DNA from: Antedon mediterranea
Lineage: Eukaryota > Animalia > Echinodermata
Length of the DNA stretch: 64,000 nucleotides
Direction: 5' to 3'
Assembly: GCF_964355755.1 (NCBI RefSeq)
Contig: NC_092675.1
Location: 24,214,912-24,278,911 of the forward strand
Of the stretch, positions 55,301 to 64,000 are shown one piece after another. The position numbers and the translations under genes were made by a program. Below the pieces are notes generated by a model. It did not search any database and was not told the origin of the DNA. It was given only the letters and a program-made list of their open reading frames with translations. Position 1 is the first letter of the stretch, and the number at the start of each line of letters is the position of its first letter.

Positions 55301-56738
55301 ATCAAGTTGTGTTACGTGAATAATTAAACTCAATTGTTAAAATATGTGTACCTTCACAACTTCTTTTGTCGTCTGCCAGCTGATATCCAGAAATACAGGA
55401 ACAATTGTAAGACCCTTCAGTGTCAGAGCAAGAACCAGAACACATGTGGTCTCCAGTCATACATTCATCAATATCTAAAAATACGATTAAACACAAAATA
55501 TGCTGAAAGGTGATGGGGACACGGCAAGAAGTTATATGTCCTGAACAATAGGTATAAATACATCGGTTATGTCAGTAGATTCTTTTTAAAAAATGAAACA
55601 TTATATTTATGACAATTATAATAATGTTTATTTTTTGTATTGGAGAATTATATATTGCATCAGTATTATGATGAATGCAGTGGAAGGTTCATCGCACGTT
55701 TTCTCTATTTAAAATTATTGTTGTACAATCAAACATTGGTAGAAATTCAATTCTGAATGTTAGATGGTAAAATTATATATTATATTATATAGTCTGGATC
55801 CACCACGAAGACATGTGCACACATTTTATTAATCCTTTATCGATAGTTAATCAGTCCAGTAGTTCATTTATTGTTTTTAGTTATGCAAACTTTGGTGGAT
55901 AACTCCTTGTGTTCATTTTGTATTGAGAAGAATAAATATAATGTCTGCAATTACATCTATTATTAGTAAAAGTATCCAGAAAGTTAGATCATTAGGCTGT
56001 TCATAGAATTTACACTTATTCTTTTAAAAAAACAAACATACTTTGACAATGCGTTGTATTTCCTTCAGTTGCGTCATAACCTTGTTTACACAAACATTCA
56101 ACATCATTTCCGTTCATTGAACAAAATGCATTCACACATGGGTCAGTATCACATTCGGCTCCTTGTTTAGCTGAAAATAATGATAATATAATAATTATGT
56201 GTAGGCTACTCATCGTTCCGATTAAAAATAATGATTGATACAATGAAATGTAACCAATGATTAGAAAAACTATATCAAGTAAAAAAAAAAATATATATAT
56301 ATATAAACACATTAGGCAATGAACTTTAATTCAAAACTGCCCGGTGATATACTGAAATTTAATTAATTAATTTGAAACGATAAAGATGAGGAAATCTGTG
56401 AGAATGAGACCCAACCGAGACTCGAACTCGGACCGCCTGCTTGATATGCAGATGTCCTAACCATTAGACCACTGGGGCTTTCATGGTATTGTTCAAACTC
56501 AATTGGATAGCGACTCTTTAACATTCTCGGCGTGCTACGGCGGAACAGCACTAGTCCTCAGTTGTACGCACACGCACCAGAGATCAAATTGATACGCCCT
56601 CATCTTTCAGTATTTGTATTCACGAGGCGGGATCTCCGAAGAGATACTTTTATATATATAAACACATTAGGCAATGAACTTTAATTCGAAACCGCCCGGT
56701 GATATACTGAAATTTAATTAATTAATTTGAAACGATAA

Positions 56739-56787
<49 letters not shown>

Positions 56788-59700
56788 GCATCATGGCAGG
56801 TAAATGTTGTTGGTAAATGTTACCTAAAGCGTTGTTCCCACTAGCGACGCAACACAAGGACGTAACGCAATGCAAGTGAATTGACCAATCACAAGCGATG
56901 GCTTATTCGCTTGTGATTGCTAACTGTCTATAACTTCGCTTGTAACTAATGCAAAATATATCGATTCCAAATAGGTTAGGTGAACTCAAATAGGATGTAT
57001 CTACAGTAATTCTAGTATTTTACAAAAAATTAACTGGCGATACTTACGTTGACAAGATACACTATCGTTTGTTAATTCATAATTATCAGTGCAGTAACAA
57101 GAATATCCTCCTTCTGTATTATTACACATCTGTTGACATTCATGAATATCAAGTTCACATTCATTCAAATCTGAATATTAAACACAGTTAAGGCAACATT
57201 TAACAAGAGCAATTGATTACACTAGATGGTTCACGAATATATTTCGTCGCAAACAAACTGGAAATGTTCAAATTTACGCAAGGCTATGTGTACCGACATA
57301 CATCTCAATGTTGGTGATGAAAGTGGTGGTGGATGTGGTTGCGCTGGCGGCACTGGTGCAGCTGTTGGTGGCGTTGGCGGTGACGGTGAAGATGGTGGTG
57401 ATGATGGTGGTAGCGGCCTTGATGGCGTTAGTGGAAAAGATGATAGTAATGGCGGGTGCAAAGAGGTACATTTTTCAAATATATTATTTATTCACTCAGT
57501 AAAAACATTTATTTATTTTTATGTTTTATAATAATGTACAACTAAACACTGTAACACATTTGCGCTTTGATACTTTGTTGAAACTTTCACAGTCGATAAA
57601 AATAATGTGATGATGCACAAACGATGATGTACCCACACTCAAAGTAAAATCTGCACTTTAAATGGCGACCTAAAATGCTTTCTAGAACGTTTATACATTA
57701 CTTTTAACTTTACGGAGCAATTCGTTGAACATGTTTTGTACTTGTCAATTACTAATTATCTAATGTAATATATCTTGCCTAGTGTTGTATCAAAATGTAT
57801 GTGAACAGAAAAGTGGCCCCTTGATCCGCGTTCAAAATGTAAATATAAGTCTTTTGTGACAATTATCAATATACGTTGTTTTAATTTAGTAAAGATCTGG
57901 TTTTAAGTTTTTACTTTATCCTTTTAACAAACACACAAACAATATAACTATTGCAAAAAAAAAAAACACTACTTGGTAATAATGGAAGTGATAAAGTGTT
58001 TGCAGTCAATGTTTCCAGACAAAAGTTGAACAAATGTACATTATGTAAGGAAGTTTGCTTAGCTTTTCTAAATACCGACATTCTACTTTAGGCCTGACTG
58101 TTTTTAATGTACAATTCATAACATAGTCACATTAAGTTTCATCATTCACCGTATTATTAAACATTTTCACAATTCCAATCACTTTTAAGTATATTCAATT
58201 ATAAATGATTTACCTTGACAGATCAGTCCATTCAGCATGTATCCAGAGTTGCATGTACACACATAGCTTCCTAGTGTATTTCCACAGTCTGCATTTGTGT
58301 CACATGGGCTAGTTTCTGCTAAACATTCGTTTACATCTAAAATAAAATGTTTTTTTTGAATTATTTTCACAAAACAAAAGTGCATTGTACTTTATAATAA
58401 CCAGTAGTCCTATATTTAGTATGCTACGAAGTATTATACGAAGTATAAGCAAACACGTAGTGACATTTGTAATTTACATACCTTGGCATATACCATCTGT
58501 CAGTATGTAACCTTCTTTACATGGACATTCAAATCCGCCAATAGTATTAAAACACATAGCAGGGTTCGTGCAGTTGTGACTACCAGAAGTGCACTCATTA
58601 ACGTCTAATTATAAAGAAAATGCATCGTATTTAATAAAATGAAATAATGATAAATGTAATCAAAACTATAAAAAAAAGTGCGTACCAATGCAAGTTGTGT
58701 CATCTCCTACATATCCAAGGGGACAGCTGCAGTCAAAGCTACCTGGTATATTTTGACAAACAAACCTAGTTGTCGGACAAGGATTGTTAGGACATTCGTC
58801 TATGTCTACGCAGAATGTTCCATTACCGGTCCAGCCCGAAGAGCAAGAGCACATATAAGACCCTTGGATGTTGGTGCAATCAGCTTGCATGTCACACGAA
58901 TGAAGTGCACGAGCACATTCATCAATGTCTAAAGAAATGAATAATACAACAACTAATTATTATGATATTATCGCTTTGTCTGACTCGGTATTTGGAAGTG
59001 GAATTGAAATACCTTTTATTCATAATGTCTAAAATGTTCTTTAAAAAAGATTGCACACTAAAATAAAGTTGTGTTTATCAAAACATTCAAGTCAGTTATT
59101 CCTTTAAACAATATTTATTGTTTATTTTTCATAATTTGGCCCTTTTGGTTGCCGGTTTCTTTGTAATACTATTCATTTACTAACTTAATAGTGCATTCAA
59201 GATACTAACAAGTTTTATTGTCTTCTTGTTCAAAGTTTCACTGTCTTATGACATATAAATCTGTACCTTTACCAGTGTTACCTTGTTGCTGAAGCTGTAC
59301 ATTGTGAAGAGCCTCTGTAACAATATTATTTAAATAACAAAATATTTGGAAAGAGTGTGAGGAAAATTAGGTGACACCCTTTTTGCTATGTCCGAATTGT
59401 ATATAACATGTACCTTGACAGGTTTTTCCATCTCCTTCGTAGCCATCAGCACATTGGCATATGTATGAACCTTCTGTATCCATACAGTCGGCCTCTTCGT
59501 CACAGGGGTAGTCAGTGTAACCGCATTCATTCTTGTCTTAATAATAATAAATTACATAAAAACAGTAATAATCGACATAGTCGGTAATAATATGCAAAGT
59601 AAAATATATTAGTAGATGATGATACAAATATCTGCTTCGAGACAACATTAATAACATTATTTTACATATTAGCACAATAATTTATCATAAATTAAAACCC

Positions 59701-62700
59701 TACTAGTGCATGTCTTTCCATCACCACTGTAACCTTCTGAGCATGTGCAGTTGAATGATCCTTCTGTATTTTCACAGGTTGCATAATCACTACAATCATC
59801 AATCATCATCGTACATTCGTCAATATCTGAAAAGAAATATATGTTTTCCTATAAATTATTCCAATAAAGTCAAACCCAATCAAAATTGTTAATATTAATT
59901 TAAAGATCTCTTTTTAAGAAACCATTAGGAAACGTTTCCATTTAAGTTTTTAATCAAATTGGTTTTATAAAAAGAAACGTATGAATTCATTTAGTAGGCC
60001 TATTATCAGATACACACACTTTGTCACTATAATAGTAATAATATACTAGTTATAAAACGCTATTGAAAAAGCAGCAAACACAATATTGCTTGTTTTATTT
60101 ATATATTGAAACAAGCATATCAAATTACCACTGCAATTTTTTAGATCAGCATTCAATTCATATCCTTCTCTGCAGCTACACGTGTACGAGCCCAAAGTAT
60201 TTGTACATTCCTGTTGGCAGAACGCTACACCGTCATCCCTGTCACGACCTTCAACGCATTCGTTGTAATCTAAAAGAAAACACATATTTGCAATAGTTTT
60301 ACGTGAATCTGTTTCTGTTGCGTTTATAAGGTTTCTCTGTTTTAGTCATCACCATAGCGGCCCGCCGTCCTCGACTATTAGTAATTTACTATAATAATCA
60401 GTTCCTCCCATTTGACTATAGTAATATTAACCAGTTTGTTCAAACACGTTTGGTTATAAACATTGAAAACATTCACCATAACACTTGAATCCATTTCCAA
60501 CTAAACCATTTGGACAAACTCCACATGAAACATTTGCTAACGGAGCTTCCTGATCAATGCATGAGACTCCTGGATAACAAGGCTCATCTAAACATCCATT
60601 GAAATCTTCACTACAATCGGTGCCCGTCCAAGCAGGTGGACAATCACATTCGGACACCTAAAACAAAATCAAAAGTGTAAGTGGCACAATAAAGTTGTGC
60701 AAAATATGTTATAGTGTTTACCATATACATAGATATATCCTTAATTAAATTACACCATTTGTTTTTTTTTCAATATCCTACTTTTACATGGGTGCAAATT
60801 AAACTTCATTTAGGAATAATAGAAATTTCTAAATATAAAATGTGTTTTGTGAAGCCGTCTAGGTTTACACACCAATTTTTTTTTTTATCAAAAACACTAT
60901 GAGGTTGGTTTCACTTTTGGGAATCATCAACGAAATTATCAAAAATTACATTACTTGTTGTACATAAAATTTACTTACTGCGAAATGGTTGTTAACAAGA
61001 TCAGATCCATCAACAAGAGCGTTGAAATTACAAACCCCACCATTAACACATTCACAAATAATAACTTCGAGTGGGAATGCAGTTGCCGCTCCTTTACTGT
61101 CTGTGGCAACCAATGTAACTTGAACTTGGTCAGTTGAACCAGGAGTCCATTTAAATAAACCATCTTTAAGATATATAAAATCATAAATTATATTTTTAAA
61201 AGATGTTAGTGATTGTATAATCTAATACCATCAGTGGTGAAAAAAAGATTATCTACTGATATCAGTTTTGGTAGATAACTACTTATTATAACACTGATGA
61301 TATGAGACTACTTATTATCAGTGAAGGTAGAGACTTTCTAGCCATCATCAACCATATCATCATTGTGATTTTCATGCATGAACTGGTCTAAAAATATGTC
61401 ATTAGAAAGGCTCTCTCGATTTGTTACATCCTGATCATTATGCCAACGTATTATACCAGACCCCACTAGTATATTCTTTTTCAAAGTGAAAATACGTTTT
61501 ACTTACCAGCATCAATACCCGCACCTGGCACCGCATCTTGAAGTGAATAAGTTATCGTGTCATTCTCTGGGTCAGATGTAATAACCCTTAGAATATATTG
61601 ACTTCCAACCATAACCAAAAAGCGGTTGGCTCCCGTAATTGAATCAACCGGAGAAATTGCAAGAACGCTTGTAATATTTGGTGGAAAGTTTGCTATATTG
61701 TGAACAAATGTAAACATGAGAAAAGAATCAACATATTGGAAACTATTTCGTTGATAAAAAAGTGCAACGTATCCTACTATTAATGATTTATGATTATTAA
61801 GCTAAATGAATGAACATTTTTCGTTTTAACGTTTATGTTTTTTAGCTATATGTAGTTGTGTGTCTTTACCAAGTTCTTCTGAGTTTTCATATTTTGTCGG
61901 TAAAAATATGCAACGCATCCGACTAATATTTATTTATAATAATTAATCAAAACGAATGAGACTATTGCATTTTAACGTTTATGATTGTGTGTGATCTTAC
62001 CAAGTTCTTCTGCGTTTTCATTGTTGTTTGTATTTGTTTCTTTTGTATTCATACCAAATAAAATATCCTTTGTTGCTAGTACATCAAAAAGACACATACG
62101 ATCATTACCACATGCAGCAATCGACTCATTGTAAAATTCTGTACCAGAATATTGTTCTACAAGATCTTCTAAGAACAATGGTACAAATGTTAGATTATTC
62201 AATGCTTCCCATGATTGACCATCAGTGTAACTGAAAAGTGAAGACTCCTCTGTAGTTCTCCCTGAAAAAAATGAGAGGAAACATAGGTTGAAATTATGTA
62301 ATGAGTATAAAACTATACTTTAAATAATTGCTAATGATAATACTTCAATTCAATTTTCCAATTCATTTCACATTTATTCAATTAATGAAAACTTAAACAA
62401 TGTAAACAATATAAACAAATAATGATTTCATTAATTTGGATCAGACTTAGAGGCCAAGGCCTGTCTCAGAAAAACATTATGAGGTTGGTTTCACTTTTGG
62501 GAATCATCAACGAAATTATCAAAAATTACATTACTTGTTGTACCTAAAATTTACTTACTGCGAAACGGTTGTTAACAAGATCAGATCCATCAACAAGAGC
62601 GTTGAAATTACAAACCCCACCATTAACACATTCACAAATTGATTAATGCATCAGTTATGATCGGCCAATGTATCACATTAGTGATGACGTATTTATACTG

Positions 62701-63974
62701 TATAGGAAAATTAATCTCTCATCCTATATCGCCACTGATTACCTTACATAGATTTAGCAAATATAATTAATACTGGCCTTACATGTATTTCCAAAATGAA
62801 AACCGTCACTATCTGTAACCAGTCCATCTTCTGGCACTGTCATCATACTATTATTTGGAAATGTAAGATCATCTGTTATATCATCATTCCAAACACCTGA
62901 GAAATAATGCAATAATAGATAATAAAGTTGAACATTTGTATTCCGACACGTTTCATCATAATATTTAGGCTTATTTAAAGCACGTTTTCTGTAATACTAT
63001 TAACACACGCATCATTGTTAAAGACAAATATCGACACACAGAGTGGAAAAGGCTAAATTATCACAGTACATCTGAATTTCTATGAAATGATTAGTTGACA
63101 CGATTATGGAAACAAAAAGATTACCAAAGCATGCAAGACATTACTTTCGATAAGAGGACATAGATTACATGCACCTACCATACAATCCCTTTGTTGCTCC
63201 TTTGTATTTTTCTGGAATAGAAAATACAGCCTCCAATACAGTACCAGTCAATGAAACGGAAATAGAAATGCCAGATAACCAAGATGCAATTATTCGATTT
63301 TCAGTTGAATTTCCAGTTGAATTTGCAGTTGAATTTCCAGAAGGAAGACTTATTATAAACCCAGTGTCAGATGGCGGTGTGTACGGACCTAAACATAATA
63401 ATGTTACTTTAATAATTATCTTTTTTTTTTTATCTATTCACTGCCGTACATGAAAAACAAATAAAATAAAACCCAAAAAGTAACAGTATTACAAACGATG
63501 TGAAACTTGGAATGTAAATGTGGATTCACTTGAAATAACTGACGCTTACTTGACTGCTGCGGAAATTCATTTTGGGTTTGATGTGATTTCAGTTTAAGAA
63601 GCTATTGTTAGAAATTGTTAGGAATGCTTTAATATTATTTGTTTTGTTCTTGTTATTTGGGAAGATAAACTTCTTGAATAGTTCATTGCAGTACTATGCT
63701 TACGCTTACTAAATATATATCTGGTCTAGCACTAACTTTGTTTATTGATATTATTGTAAGTTTATACTAAAAGTTAAGAATGTAATATGTACACATACCA
63801 GTGTCTCTGTAAGATATGTATTATACGAAATCTTGGCTTCTCAATACATTATGCAACAAAAAATATAATGGGAAAATAGGTAATACCTTCATTGAGACTA
63901 GATTTATTTACTGCAATGCTTCCATTAACCAAAATATCAAAGTCAGTTGCATTGTCATTCAACGTCATTTGTAC
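46334..63974 (-). CDS. MUC4-like / mucin-like type I membrane protein, 5'-partial: VWD region, Ig/cadherin-like segment, ~20 mostly calcium-binding EGF repeats, SEA-like, Thr-rich repeats, SEA, EGF, TM, cytoplasmic tail
   Basis: VWD-type TKGLYG-VWNDDITDD and CGNDRMCLFD exons (~62000-63974); many phase-1 D[IV][DN]EC exons at 51500-60660; mucin exon 49406-50359; SEA exons 49146-49270 and ~48703-48924; TM VIGLTVGILVFIILICCIVGGLLF (~47265-47511); tail exons 47050-47124 and 46334-46414 ending INYK-stop. Confidence 0.88.
46470..47016. mobile_element. Kolobok-like MITE in the last intron of the mucin gene
   Basis: TTAA on both sides; TIR AGATGTATTGTCCCTT / AAGGGACAATACATCT. Related solo ends at ~41591-41609 and ~47927-47946. 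Confidence 0.75.
49430..50265 (-). repeat. Coding minisatellite, ~30 x 24 bp encoding TTAPDEVK
   Basis: Repeated TCGGGTGCCGTAGTCTTGACTTCA on the + strand inside a 954-nt phase 1-1 exon. Confidence 0.95.
56300..56740 (-). mobile_element. tRNA-like repeat copy in a mucin intron, between TA tracts
   Basis: Reverse complement of the 37400-37850 unit; cloverleaf ~56409-56478. Confidence 0.75.
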
Positions 63975-64000
63975 CTGTGTGTAAACGTATAGAAGATAAA

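Noticed and set aside
57300-57465. GC-rich Pro/Thr/Gly-rich ORFs in a mucin intron, possible alternative exon
   Set aside because: Degenerate (GGT/GAT)n low-complexity tract; no convincing minus-strand AG acceptor.

Overview
AT-rich metazoan genomic DNA, probably a marine invertebrate such as an echinoderm (inference only), carrying two intron-rich genes on the minus strand. (1) <1231-40045: what looks like five tandem protease genes reads as ONE gene. A signal-peptide exon (39973-40045) and an LDLa exon (38919-39029) are followed by five near-identical LDLa-CUB-LDLa-trypsin modules. Each protease domain ends at a phase-1 GTAAGT donor rather than a stop, and is spliced through two Ser/Tyr-rich micro-exons into the next module. 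This predicts a secreted polyprotease of at least 2,350 aa with five intact catalytic triads, continuing past the left edge. (2) 46334->63974: a MUC4-like membrane mucin (VWD, ~20 EGF, SEA-like, (TTAPDEVK)n, SEA, EGF, TM, tail). The introns hold two Helitron families, an L1/Tx1 LINE, an AcademX transposon with nested Rex1 LINE and DINE-1-like element, Penelope-type elements carrying three families of type I hammerhead ribozymes, a tRNA-like repeat at (TA)n tracts, and Kolobok-like MITEs. All exon models were read by eye from splice signals and phase; there is no transcript evidence.
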